From Trichinella spiralis (lineage: Eukaryota), in NCBI RefSeq assembly GCF_000181795.1, contig NW_003526941.1, positions 7,106,043-7,170,042 of the forward strand: DNA of 64,000 nucleotides, written 5' to 3'. Shown piece by piece: positions 37,963-51,200 of the stretch. How positions within the stretch are numbered: position 1 is the stretch's first letter; each line of letters begins with the position of its first letter. The notes under the pieces are model-generated. The model did not search any database and had not been told where the DNA came from. It worked only from the letters and a program-made list of their open reading frames with translations. Both the position numbers and the translations under genes were made by a program.

Positions 37963-39606
37963 TTACTCTGTTTGAGTTTCGGATTCAGAATCGTCAAAAG
38001 TTCGTTCACGGACAGAAGATTCAGAAGTGAGTTTTGCAGAACCGGCGGCAGTCGACGCCGACGCTGGACGTTTCACTAAAAGATTGTTGAAAAACTGCGC
38101 CAAAGCTCCTTCGGAGCTCGGTCCCACCGGACCACCGCCCACCGAACCGGCGGCACCGGCGCCGGTTCCGGTACCGCTGACAGTTTGCATTGCTATTTTG
38201 CCGATGCTGTCTGCTTTCTTCGACTGCGCGGATGTTGCGGAACCGCCGGCAGAAACGGATGCGGACGAAAACAGACCGTTCGACGACTGACCACCAATGG
38301 GCGACGGTCGACTTTTGTCCGACGAGTGACGTGGTGAAGTGATACTCATCGGCATCGGTGAGCTGCCGTCTGGACGATGCTGACCAGGCGACTGGGTGTT
38401 CGGCAAAGTTGTGTTCAGCAACGTTTGCAAACGTGCTAGAAAAGCTTGTTCGTCTTCGATTTTCATTTCCAACTCTTTCTGACTTGCACATCCGCTAAAA
38501 CTACTATTACCACCACTACTGCTACTATTACTACCAGCACTAGTATTAGCATCACCAGCAGTGATGTTGTTGTCGTTGAAGCTGTTGTTCAATGGATTCA
38601 CAAGCTGATCGCTGAAACGATTCAGAAAAGCCTCCTCTGCCCCCTCGGGTAAACCGTCTTCGATGATGCTTATTTTCTTTTCATTATCCCATCCGGCCGG
38701 AATGAACATCGCCTCTTTGTCAATTACGCATGCCGGTTGAGTGAACGGAAAACCAAAAACACGATGCAAAATATACTTGTACAAGAGATCACAATTGCGA
38801 CCCTCTTTGACATTGGTGTAAACAAGTGCGGCGCCGTGTTTCAAGCAAAATTGTCGAATTTGTTTCTGGATCAAATCGCAATCTTCGTCTTTCAAATCAA
38901 ACTGCTTCTCGTACGATGACAACAAATCGCACTTGGTCACAACAACAATCAACGGCAAGCCCAAATTTCTGGTCAACGTCGACTGGCCGAGCGGCAACAA
39001 AATCTGGTCCGGCTCCATGCTGGGCACCTTTTGCCCAAGTTCACTGTGCGAGCTGCTGTCCAACGGTTCAACGTATTCTTGCCAAAATCGAACCTGCCTT
39101 TCGCGACATTCCGACAACACGTGCGTACTGTACAAGCCGGACTGGTTCAGATGCTTTTCCAGCACGTCGGTCCAGCGCTGCAACGACTGCCCAATATTCC
39201 ACGGCTCGGCCATTGAGCAGCAAATCAACGCGACGCTGTGTTTCAAATTTTCCGCCGGCAAAGCGAACCGAAGCAACGGCGCGTACAGAGGATCCCCGTC
39301 CAGAACCCATACGCCCAAACGTGGAACATCGCCGGCACTAATATCCGGCAAACTGCTGCTCAACTGGTAAGCGTACGAGCCGACCTTGTAGTCCGGGTTG
39401 ATTTCCAAATAGTGATATTCGAATCCAGCTCCCTTTTTCGGCTCTTCCACACCCTGAAGTCTGGCTACCATCGACGTCTTTCCCGAATCGCTGTCACCCA
39501 ACACAATCACCGACGCTGTTGGCAACGCACACTTGGACCTCGACTGCGTCTCACAAAGTATCTTGCTCCATATTTCTTCTTTCACCGTTGACTGCGCTGT
39601 GGGCAT
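37963..39606 (-). CDS. dli-1: Cytoplasmic dynein 1 light intermediate chain, single coding exon, 547 aa
   Basis: IWSKILCE; P-loop LGDSDSGKTS; VWVLDGD; LTRNLGLPLIVVVTKCD; IRQFCLKHGAALVYT; FIPAGWDNEKKISI; EDEQAFLARLQ; C-terminal SEGALAQFFNNLL adaptor-binding helix. Confidence 0.96.
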   Translation of the reverse strand: MPTAQSTVKEEIWSKILCETQSRSKCALPTASVIVLGDSDSGKTSMVARLQGVEEPKKGAGFEYHYLEINPDYKVGSYAYQLSSSLPDISAGDVPRLGVWVLDGDPLYAPLLRFALPAENLKHSVALICCSMAEPWNIGQSLQRWTDVLEKHLNQSGLYSTHVLSECRERQVRFWQEYVEPLDSSSHSELGQKVPSMEPDQILLPLGQSTLTRNLGLPLIVVVTKCDLLSSYEKQFDLKDEDCDLIQKQIRQFCLKHGAALVYTNVKEGRNCDLLYKYILHRVFGFPFTQPACVIDKEAMFIPAGWDNEKKISIIEDGLPEGAEEAFLNRFSDQLVNPLNNSFNDNNITAGDANTSAGSNSSSSGGNSSFSGCASQKELEMKIEDEQAFLARLQTLLNTTLPNTQSPGQHRPDGSSPMPMSITSPRHSSDKSRPSPIGGQSSNGLFSSASVSAGGSATSAQSKKADSIGKIAMQTVSGTGTGAGAAGSVGGGPVGPSSEGALAQFFNNLLVKRPASASTAAGSAKLTSESSVRERTFDDSESETQTE

Positions 39607-40262
39607 TGTTATTTATTAGAATAATTCGAACTTCTACAATATAAACAAAAAAAATTAATATCAAACAGTACAGAGAGCACAACAAGAGCCAAGCACTCGC
39701 TCAACGCACACAGCACGATCGGAGATAAATTTCAATTCTCCTTCATCGAACAAATATGAAACGCACACACATATACACAACACACTCAAAAAATATGTAA
39801 AAAAATTTTTAAATATTCTTTTTTCTTTACTACCATTTTGTTTTCTTTCGAAATAAATTCCATTTTAAACTGTACAACAATTGGCAGAAATAATTTACAA
39901 AATGAACAAACAAACGCAACCAAACGGAGATTAATAATAATAATAATGCTGATAAGCCGACAATAATATAAAAATAATTAAAAAAAGAATAAGTTTTTTC
40001 GTTATTTCACAAAATACGAACGGCCAATAATGGAACGTAGAACAAAATAACACTACACCGATCAGTAAGTAGTTGTGTGTTATTTTATTCTGAAAAAGAC
40101 AAACCAAAAAAATTAAAACAATGCTTGAAACAACACAAATATGAAAATGCAATATGAATAAGGTAAAAGAAAAAATCAGCCAAATCATGTAGAAAAGAGA
40201 CAATTTTAAAAAAAGCAAACTGGAGGTACGCGAAGAGGAAAACACGCAACATGTGTTCGTTT

Positions 40263-40444
40263 TCAATCGGAAATTTCCCCTTGTGTACTACTACTAGAAG
40301 CAGAGCAACTACTACTATTGCTGCAGATACTGTTTCTATTGTTTCTATCGCCATCATCATTATTACTCCTCTTATTATTCTTCTTATTAATGATGCTACA
40401 ACAATTTCTCTTGCGGCTCCTGCTCCTCCTACTACTAGTACTAT

Positions 40445-40479
<35 letters not shown>

Positions 40480-43400
40480 GAAGTAACTGTAGTAGTAATT
40501 ATTACGGAATTACTGCTGCTGCTGCTGTTGCTGTTGCTGCTTCCGCTGCGGTTCCTGGTGTTGTAATATCCATTGCTGCTGCCGTTGTTGTTGGTGATCT
40601 TGTGGCCGTCAGTGACTGGATTCGAAAGTGAAGATGAAAATGAAGCAGATGAAGAAGGTGGAGGAGCTGTTGAAGTGTTGTGATTGCGAAAAATTTGCGG
40701 AAACAAAGCCCGATAAGCTCGCAAAGCGTTCTTGGCGGCGTTCATTTCGGCCTGCTTCACGCTGTGCCCTTCGCCGGTGGCCAGACGCTCGCCGCGGAAA
40801 TAAACCGCTACACGGTAGACGCGGGTATTCGTGGGACCTTCAACGCAAACCACCTTGTAAACCGGCATGTCCGGATCACCGCCGGACGGATTGCGCAACG
40901 CCAGACAACACTGCTGCAGTTGGGATTTCGGATCGCACCAACGCTGCTCTTCTATGAACTGCTTAAGGCGTGGCAGAAAGCAGTGACGCACGAACGCCGC
41001 ACAGTAATCCAAACTGTGATCGACGAACAAAGCGCCCAAAAACGCTTCGACCAAATCCGCCTTGTCCTTCATGCGCAATTCTTGAGGTTCGTTGCGCAAA
41101 AATGCCGGCGGTTGCAAAATAAAATTCGGAATTTCCAAATCGTCACAAATCACCGCCTGGGTACGGTTGTTGACCAACGAGCTTCGCAACAGCGACAAAT
41201 GTCCCTCTTGGTGGTCGGGAAAGTGCTTGTACAAATATTCCGTGGTGACCAGCTGAAGAACCGAATCGCCCAAAAATTCCAACCGCTGGTTGTGACCCAA
41301 AGTGAGAAAATTGTAACCGACACACTTGCGCGTGAAGGCCCTGGCCAAAAGACGGATGTGGTTGAATCGCACGCCGATGCGTTGTTCGAATTCAGTCAGC
41401 TTCTGCAACGTCGGACACTGGTGGATCAAGTGACGATCACCGTCCGGATATTCTTGTTGCAACGGATGGCGCGGGGGGTGGAACCAAACCCAATGCAACG
41501 CTTGGTTCCAATCGGGCGGAAATAGAAATCGTCCGAAAACACGGTCCGCGACGTGGACGCCACCGTCCAAATAGACCGCACCCAGGATCGCTTCGAAAGC
41601 GTTCGCCATCGCGTGGCGCATGTCCTCTTCGAAGCACAAATCCGGACCGTGGGCGAACAGCATGAATTCGTCCAAGCCCATCTTCGCCGCCAACTTCGAC
41701 AAATGACTATTCTGAACCATCAACGTTCGGTACGGGGCCAAAGCACCTTCTTCCAAATCGGGAAAAATGTAAAACAGATGAATGGTGGTCAAAAATTCAA
41801 TCACCGCGTCGCCCAGATATTCCAGACGCTCGTTGTTCACCGTGCTCGAAGCACGACTCTTCTTCTCGCCCATCCTGGACATCACGTTCACTAGACAACT
41901 GACACCACGCTTCCGGCTGTTCCACGGGTTGGTGCGCTTGGAGCCGAACTCCAGCTGCCTCAGACCACAGTTGTTGAGCACGTTGCGCACGTGATCGGCA
42001 TTAGTGCCGCTGTCGGCCCGGTAAGAAGGATGCGTGAACGCCAATTCGAGCAGGCTGGGCTTACGGAACGAATAGTCGATGCGTTGTTGGAAAACGCGCA
42101 GGCAACGATGAAAGCGGATATGGTTGAGCAATACCAACAAAATCAGACAATGCTGCACCACGTCCGACCAAATACCGGTCTGCATGAAACCCTGACAAGA
42201 GACTTCCATGATCAGGTCACGCTTGACGCTGTTTTTCGCCTTCAGTTCGGTCAAGTGAGCTTCCATTTTGGCCAACTTGGCCCGGTCTTCGGTCCTCGGA
42301 TACGACTGAAGCATCACTACCCGTCGAAATTTGGCAAACCGCTTCCAAGCACGCTGGTATTCGGGCGTGCCGGCATAGGTAGTGACCGTCGGGTGACGGC
42401 CAAAGTGTACAATTACCGAATATCCGTCGGGCGCTTTCTGCATTCGGTCGAGCTGATCGAGCCGAAGCGCCACGGGACGTTTCCACGGATTTGCCACCAC
42501 TTGACCTTTCAACTTTTCGCTGAACTTGTCCAAATGCTTGTTGACCCGGTCGTTGAAATCACCCCGCTCAGCAGGTTGGTCGAAAATCAACCTACAATTC
42601 TGCAACAAATGCTCCAAAACAACCGACATCGGCAACATCTGCTGCGTGCATCCAGTCTTCTCTTTCCGCTTGCATACGAATCTCGGATAAATGTGAAATA
42701 TTGGGCAGCCGTCTTCCACATTGGCAGCAAACAACTTCACGTCGTACAATTCGAGCAATTCGACAAACACATATTCCCAAAATAAATCCAAATCACGAAC
42801 GGAAAAAAAATCTGGCACCACCTCTTCCACCAGCGACACTTCGTAATCAATGTTCCACCGATTCAAGCGACACAACGGCATGTTGCGGTCAATCAGTTCG
42901 TGGGAAAGTATGCCAAAACCGTCGAACGAGTATACTTTATCTTTGTATTCAATTTCGGTTATGGAAAATTTTTGAAAAAGATTCGCCTGCGGTTTGATAA
43001 CAACTCTGTAATAATGCAAGCGGTTAGCATTGTTCGACAACGGATCGCACGGTTCCACTCTAGCTTCGCCAGGATATCTTCCATGACTGATACCCTTCTG
43101 TCTAGCCCTCCAGCAGCAACGACAACTCGGTCCGTCGTTCAGCTGACCTGCATCGTTGTACCATATGTCAGGATGTAGACGAGCCGGATGTCTGCGTTTC
43201 CGTTCCAACTCTTTCAGCGCATCCTTGAAGCGACCATTGTCATTCACGTCGTAGTTGTTGTGGCTGTCGCCGTTTAAATTTCCATTTGGTTGTTTCCCAC
43301 CTTCGCAAGCATTCTCTTCATCCTGTTCATCCGACTCAGCCGAGCACTGCAATTTCACGGGACTCTGCGAAGCACCATCATTTTCGTCCTTTTGCCATGT

Positions 43401-43748
43401 CTGTTTCGCAGAGCGAAATAACTGCACTACATGCTGGTCGAACTCGCAGTGTAAAGCAGTCAACTTCTGCGTCGCAACTTTCACATCCGATTGTCCACAG
43501 GCAATGGTTTTGTAATAGTCATGCGCAGATACGCAACTGACCGTCAAACGAGGAGATGACTGAGAAAAAATCGTCACCTCCTCCTCTTCTTGTTCTTCAT
43601 CGTCAATGTCAAAATCTTGGTCAATGAAATCGTTCAAACCGACTAGCAACGGCTCTTCAAAACTGCTAGATGGATTCTGATCCATCGAATCGCTTTCTTT
43701 AGATTGAGGCACACTCAATTCTTCCCGAACACATCTAGTCGATTTCAT
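40263..43748 (-). CDS. drsh-1: Drosha (class 2 RNase III), single coding exon, 1161 aa
   Basis: RLHPDIWYNDAGQLNDGPSCRC central-domain start; two RNase III signatures (NERLEYLGDAV, NQRLEFLGDSV); dsRBD DPKSQLQQCCL...GPTNTRVYRVAVYFRGERLATGEGHSVKQAEMNAA; low-complexity S/N tail. Confidence 0.97.
40428..40480. repeat. (TAC)n/(AGT)n trinucleotide microsatellite encoding poly-Ser in the Drosha tail
   Basis: actactagtactattactactactact... on the + strand. Confidence 0.9.
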
Positions 43749-45366
43749 AGATACTCTCTATTCAACTGCAGCAAAACACACACACACACACATATGTATA
43801 CCCTGAATAAAACGTCAATAATTATTAATTTTCAAATCCTAAATTTTATACAAAAATAAATTTATAAACAAAAACATGTGCAAATAATTGATAAATTTTA
43901 AATGCATAAACGATTACTTCATTTAAAATACAATATTGCGTTATTTCACACATATTGCACTAAAAAGTGAATAAACAATGCTCAAATGAGCAGTTACTGT
44001 TACAATTACGCATTTTAATTATAAAAGAACCAACAAAAAGTAAATAAAAATAAAAACAAACAAAAAAGAAGACTTATTCACTATTCACTATGAAATTTTC
44101 TCGAGAACTACTGGCGAGATTAGCAAGCAAAAGCGCCTGGAATTAGATTAGCATTTGAAGTATGGAAGAAAAACAACATGATTGGTTTGGTCAATAGAAT
44201 GAAAATGGAAAACTTTTCAAGAATTAATTACAATCAACAAACGTTAATCAAAAGTATGCTTGAACGAAAGTGCAAAACATGCCTGAACATACGGAACAGA
44301 ATAACAACAACAAACATTTAATCGTTTACAATATTGGCAAAACATAAATATACAATAAAGTTTTCAAGCTACAGCAATAAATGTAAAAGTTTAAAAATAT
44401 CGGAAGCTTCGAACCAATTAACACTTCATCTATCACTCACCAGCTACGCCGCAGCAGACGCCCACGCTATATATCCGCAGTCATAAACAGTTACATTCAA
44501 GAACGACAGTATTCCAATTGTCATACGATACACTTAATGGTAATCAAGTACAATTCTTAAGATGCCACCAAAAACATTCCTTGAATAATAATAATTGAAT
44601 AAATAATATTTTTGTTAATAGAATATTATTTGAAGTTGAAAATTACAAAATTTAGCAAAACCACTTTTTACTTGTTCTACAAAAAATTATCAATGAGAAG
44701 AGAGAGATGTGTCATGAAGTTGCATAGTTTAAATAATCTTACTGAAAACAAACAGTCGTAGTAGCACAACTGTTCCAAACGTCTTCATAAACAGCTGAAT
44801 AATTATGGTTTATTGTTGCGTTGAAATTGCTCCGAATGAGTCGTACGAAAAATAACTGCAAACTTGGAAAAAACACATTTGAACCGACATATAACTTTGG
44901 CAAGAGTTATAATATCATTTCAAATGAACGATAGCAGTTTATTTTTCACAATAACATGGACAAAATTGGTCAACGTGTTTACAGTAGAAAACAGAGAAAA
45001 GCAGAATGTACAACAACCTTTGCATGCGTCTCTACATTTCATCCTCTCTTTTGAAAGAAGTTTGCATCTTGCCACAGGCCACAGGCCTGCACATCTGCAG
45101 CAGCCAAATGGACAAATTTTGTACAAAGAAGAAAAAAAATGCATAACTTCACGAAAATACAAAATACAATCGCAGTGTGTGTGTGAAGAAGAACAAAGTT
45201 CAGCAGTGAGTGAGATCAGAGAGAGTAAAGGAAGAAAAAGTTGGTAGTTTTTCATCTTTGTAAAATATTGCATTTCTTTTCGATTTCTATTCCAGTTTCT
45301 TCTTTTGCAATCTCTTTCTCGCACTCACTCTCACTTTATTTATTAATTTCCGCCTGGGTGTTTGTA

Positions 45367-48283
45367 TTATTTATCCTTTCTCATAAAACTTCCAAACAAA
45401 TCAATCGGAATTGGAAAAACGATAGTTGAATTATGTTCGGCAGCGATGCTACTCAACGCCTGCAAATGTCTAAGCTGTATAGCTACTGGAGAATCGGCCA
45501 ACACGTCTGCAGCTTCTTTCAAAGCACGACTAGCTTTCATCTCCCCTTCGGCGGCCACCACTTTAGCCCGAGCTTCACGAGCCGCTTCCGCTTCGGCTGC
45601 CATTGCTCTGGTCAACTGTTGCGGCAAACGAATATCTTTCACCTCGACACGTTCTACCTTGATCCCCCAATGTTCAGTACCTGCAACAGAGGAACAAAAT
45701 AATAAAACCAACCAATTCTGTTCTGCCCAATGTACAATGAAAAAAGTATATGCGCTTAAAACGGTATGCAGAAAGCAAAACAAATTATTCACCTTCGTCG
45801 AGAATAGTTTCCGTCAGCTGCGCAATCGCCTCTCGTTCGCACAACATTTCTGTCAACGTTTTCATTCCAAGCGCATTTCGCAGTGTCGTTTGAGCCAACA
45901 ATTTCGTACTGTATATAGCGTCATCGACATTGTTCACCGCAGCAATTGGATCCGAAGTACGGAAATAGACCACCGCGTCCACGGATACAGTAACCGAATC
46001 TTTGGATAATATTTCCTGCGGGGGTACGGCATAGGATACGACACGAAGATCAATTTTTCGATAAGTATCAATACATGGCATAATGAACACAAGTCCTGGT
46101 CCTCGAGCAACTACAACCAATATCAACGTGTAGCAAGCAAACAAATATAATTATTCAAATACCTTCAAAACTGATTAAAAGAGATTCAAAAATCTGCAAC
46201 TACTACTCAACTACTAGTCATACAATGCATTTTTCAAGTGACTGCTATCAATCTGTCAATTATTATTATTATTATTACAAATTTCAAATACTCGTTAGCA
46301 AACATTCTGAAAATAATTTCAAAATGTTATTTATTAAACTGAATAAAATAAAATAAAATATTAAAATTACATTTTAAAAATAAAACGAGTATAAATTACA
46401 TTTGAGCGAACAGAAATTACGCTTAGAACAGCTCCCACTAATAAATAATCTCACATTCGATTATATAATTCAATTATAATTGAAACACCGCTTCACGCAA
46501 AGCAGCACCAATAAATAGACTTTCAAATGAAATGTCATCAGCTGTTCAGTGAAATCACGTCACTGTGCATAAACAATTTTACAAAATTTAATTCAACTTT
46601 TCAGAAATCGAACCAAACATCATCAATGCAATTGATCATAATTCATACTCGATGCTAGCCGAGAAAAAAAAGCTCGCAAAAAAACTATAATTTAGAACTT
46701 TGCAAGAAATATAAAGTATCTTCCCCAGCCATCAGAATTGTTACGAAGAAGCTATTTATTATGATGATAAGCTTCAAAATTCTTTCATAAAAAATGCAAA
46801 AAAAGTCTATTTCTTCAGCTTTTTCCATTTTGAAATAAAATCGATTATTTTCATTTAGAACAAAAAATTTCCCTTGCCTAATATTTATCATTATGTAAAA
46901 TAGCATCATAAAGAAAGAAAGCAAAAAAAAAAAGAACAACTCTGTCCGTACAATGCTAGCTAATATATTGCTTCTTCTTGCCTCTTGCGCATGGATTATT
47001 TATATTGACTAGCGCAATTATTTATCTGCATGCTGCAATGGTTTAATTTCATTTGTAAGAATTTCATTCATTGAATGCGACAACGTTGAAATCATTTTAT
47101 CTGTGAAAAATGTTTGCTTTTGATAAAACCACTTTAAAAATCCTTTTTTTTCTCTCTTTTTGCTTTGAAAATTATCAATGCGATCATTGTTCAACATTTT
47201 AATTACTAAAAACTAAAATAAATGAAAACCTACTTACTGACTATACATACTACCATGACATCGGTTATTTGAAGCGAACAGTTAAAAATAGATTTCAATA
47301 GTGGAACAAAAAAAATCTCTTGCAACCTTATCAAAACAGATTAGAATAAATCAAGCTTTCATTAAAGCTGCAAAGTCCCAACTTATTCTCTTTAAAAAGT
47401 GTTATATTCAATTATTTAAAACAATTTTTAAACATTCAATAATGTCTCTCTGTGTGTATGTAAGCTTCGACAGTTAATAACTAACAAGCTATTCATTCAC
47501 CAGTGATTGATAAATTGTGTGTCAAAATGTGGGAATGGCAGTAAAATTTTCAGAAATAATAGAAGTTCAAAAAATAATATTTTCAATTTACAATAATCTT
47601 AATAAAACAATACATCATCACCATTATCTGCATGAAAGCAAAATAAGGAGTTGCTATTTGTGATAGAATATTGAATGCATTGGATAACATTTAAAATAAG
47701 AGCCGTTACAGTTGAATTGATCACAAATCTGATTAATTAATTGCCAAAGAAAAGTGTTTCAAAAAAGAAAAAACTTTCCCACTCATTTCATCAATCAATA
47801 TAACTTATATACTTATTGCTGTTGGCAGATAATCCTGAAGCTGAATTTGCGTTGCAAAACGGAAGTTACACTCGTTGTTTCCCAATGAAAAGAGTAAAGC
47901 AAAAATAAAAATTATCTACACAGTAATAATTAATTTTTTTTGTCCAATGCAACAGAATAGCATTGATTTTTTCCATCAGAGCAACTAACTTTGTAGAATA
48001 ATTTAGCAGAAATTGTGCAGAAGAGGTAAGTGGTGGAAAAACTTACCGCCAGGCATGAGTCGACCAAGGCGAAAGATGACCACACGTTCGTATTCTTTAA
48101 CCACTTTCAGGCAAAAGCACATGGAAAAAGGAAACGTAATGGCGACGATAAACCAAGATAAGCCGGTAAGAATGTAGCCAAACCAAATGCCGATGATTTC
48201 AAAATCGGCGGGAGAATCCGACTGCACCGAAGGGGATGCCCATTGTTGCTTGGTTTCTTTATGCATACCGGGCGAGCTCATTT
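45367..48283 (-). CDS. unc-1: Stomatin (SPFH/band 7) UNC-1 orthologue; core exons 48283-48047, 46110-45793, 45680-45367
   Basis: [18 protein letters not shown]...[42 protein letters not shown] / [54 protein letters not shown]...ETILDE / [40 protein letters not shown]...HNSTIVFP...FGSFMRKDK*. Splice phases are consistent and the sequence closely matches my recollection of C. elegans UNC-1. Confidence 0.93.
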
Positions 48284-51200
48284 CTATTTTAGGAAAGAAA
48301 AAAAAACCATAAGTATATCACAAATTTTGAAAATCAAACTGTACAAAACAGAAATGCCTATGCAAACGGAATTCAACGGTGCGGTAAAAAGAAAAGATAA
48401 CAAAGTTCAATAAAGCGAGACTGAGCTGTTGTCGGCTGTCGTCTGCTTGCTTATTGCCCACATCTGAGCTTCTTTTAGCTTCATCTAGCCGCAATCGATT
48501 TCTAACCGTCGCAAATGTCTTCTCTTCCATCTTTCAATAACCCCCCCCCTCCCTCTATACTTCGTTGTCCTTCGTTTTCTTTCTTTCTTTCTCTATCACC
48601 CTCCGTTTACCCCCCTCCTTCCCCCTATTCCTGCCCCGCCCGTCTATCTCCCTCCCTCTCTCTCTACGGCTCTACTATTTTTCTTGTTCATTTCTCTCAT
48701 CTGTTCAATTTCATCAAATCCGTGTATAAATCGATGACCTTTTTGTAAAACTCGTTAAGAAACATTCAGAAAATGCAAACGACATCAACGACCAAAACAT
48801 GCCTCCACTGACGCAATTGTTGCTGCAGAAAAACATCCAAACGCCTCACCTTGTTATCCGATAAACTAATCCACCAAATGCACACAACACCAAACCCAGC
48901 AGTTTGCCAATCTGCATTGGTCATTTTTACTGTCTAAATTTTGCGTGAAAAGATTTGAAAGGAAATAATAAAAAAAAAACAATATAAAAATTTCCTCTAT
49001 TCAAAAAGCAAAATTTACCAACCACCCTCGAATATATTTTTCTGCAACAGAAACAAAATCTCACTATGCGTTCATTTGAAAATCAATTCAACAGAATTCA
49101 CTGAACAGAATCTTTTTTTTTGAAAAATTTTCATTAAAAACTTTACAATATAACTCTTTTACTATTTATAATTTTTCATCGATTTCATCTATAATTTATA
49201 ATACTGGAGCATATCATTAAATCGTTTTTCGTAGTAATAATTAATTCAGCATTTTTCAGTTGAAAAATTAATCAACATTTTACAAATAAATGAATATTTT
49301 CTGATGATAAAACAATAAATCAAGTCCACTTAATTCAAACCAATTTCACTTTTATTTTCATTCATCACACTTCTGACAAATCTCTCTCTCCCCTCAGGCA
49401 ACAATAATGAAAATTGCATAAGTTGAATTTGAACTTTGAATCGCAAAATTTTATACTTCCTCATATATAAGATGCGAGAACGATTAGAAGAACATAAAAG
49501 AACGTACATATTTATATATATATATATCATATCTGTAGTTATAATCGATCGTTTTTCAGTAAACTCATTAAAAAGAATAGCAAATAGAGCAAAGGAAAAA
49601 AAAATTTAATCTCAATAGTTTTTCTATCTTACGTTGACAGATCTGAAGAGAAAATAATCAAAAACAGTAATAACAATGAATATGGATGAGCTTTCATTTT
49701 GAATAATAATGTAAAACAATAATGTGCGCTGCATCTACTTTCTCAGAATAGATTTTAAAAAACTCAATCAAACTTTTGCTCATTTTTTGTGATGCTGCAA
49801 ACATTTGTTTAAAAAATCAATAAAAACCATAGAAAATGTACCCATTTGAAGGCATAACACCAGCAACAGAAAGCGTAGACAAATGGACTACTATTCTAGC
49901 GTAATATATAAGCGTAGAAGCATAACAACAGCACTGAACAAATAATAAGTGCATATAGCAAGCAGCAAGCAGGCAAACAACCGAGCAGTAGTGGTGGAAA
50001 GCATCACTAGCAGCAAGTAAGCGAAGAAAGTTAATATGCCCGACGGGATAAAATTTGTTTTCCTCCAACAACTTACATACAGCCGACATGGATCGATGAT
50101 CACCTCCTCACTAACACATACACATACGCATATGAGCAATGAAAAGAAAGCTGATACTTTCCAAAACAAAAGAAATATTTTAATCTTTGCCAACAAGTAA
50201 TTTATTGTAGAAAAATAAAGCCCAGAAGAAAAACAATTGCATCGATACTTATGCCATAATCACACAAAGTGATATTGGAATGTTGAACAAATTTTCGGCA
50301 TTCTGTCTTTGTCAACAGGCCGCTTGCGGCCAAGATATAAAAAAGTTATGCCAACATTAGCAATGGATTCTTACTGATCAATAAAGCAGCGATAAACAAG
50401 ATTTTTTTTCAAATAAACAATTAATAACTCTCTATACGTATATGTATATTATGCCATACTTGAAAAAAAATAATTCTGTATTCAAATTTGGATTAGAACC
50501 TTTGCAAAATGTGCCAAATTTCGTCGGCAAAACCACCAATTCACAATTTCAATTTACAACTAGACAACTGTAGTCAATTTTCAATAAAAGTAGTCATCTC
50601 CTCGTTGCTATATAGTTCAAACCGACAACAAAATCAATACATCTATGGTATGCATTACACATACGACAGGTAAATGAAATATACACATTAATCATTGAAA
50701 TAAATCATAAAATTGTCCATTAATCACTTAAATTGTTAGAATCACTGAACCGTTCACAAACGAACCCTTAAATAATGACGAAAAGATTAAAACGTAATTG
50801 TTAAAGTGGAGATGGAAGAAAAAAAATTGTTCACACATTCCGCTAAAATATCTCATCATGTCCATTGAATTTTTAATTATGCCCTCTCTCTTCAAGCGTT
50901 TATACTGACAATATGTTAACAGGAAAGAACGAGAAAATAAAACAATTTCTCATGAAAATTTTAAATTCTCAAATATCACAACTAATTTTTAAACAATAAA
51001 AAAAGCATATTCACGAAAAAGCAAAAACTCTCAACACCGACAAACACTCTTACCAATTTGGAGATGACTGCGCTTCATCAGTCAGTAGCCAACAGAATCG
51101 AAACTATTCGACATTTTTGGTTTTTATTGTACACTGTGTTTTGCTTTTGATTTTTTAAATTTTATCAGAAAATATTTTAATCCAATAGCACAACCACATT

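Noticed and set aside
40251..43540. Long plus-strand ORFs (281, 264, 126 aa etc.) antisense to Drosha
   Set aside because: Shadow ORFs of a GC-richer coding strand and trinucleotide repeats, with no recognisable domains. The same applies to ORFs overlapping PDI, LIC and unc-1.
44864..45324. 127-134 aa ORFs downstream of unc-1
   Set aside because: Low-complexity composition with no domain; most likely unc-1 3'UTR.
50072..50110. Another unc-1 coding first exon (ATG TCG GCT GTA T|gtaagt)
   Set aside because: Joining to 48283 creates T|AA, a stop codon; at most a non-coding 5' exon.
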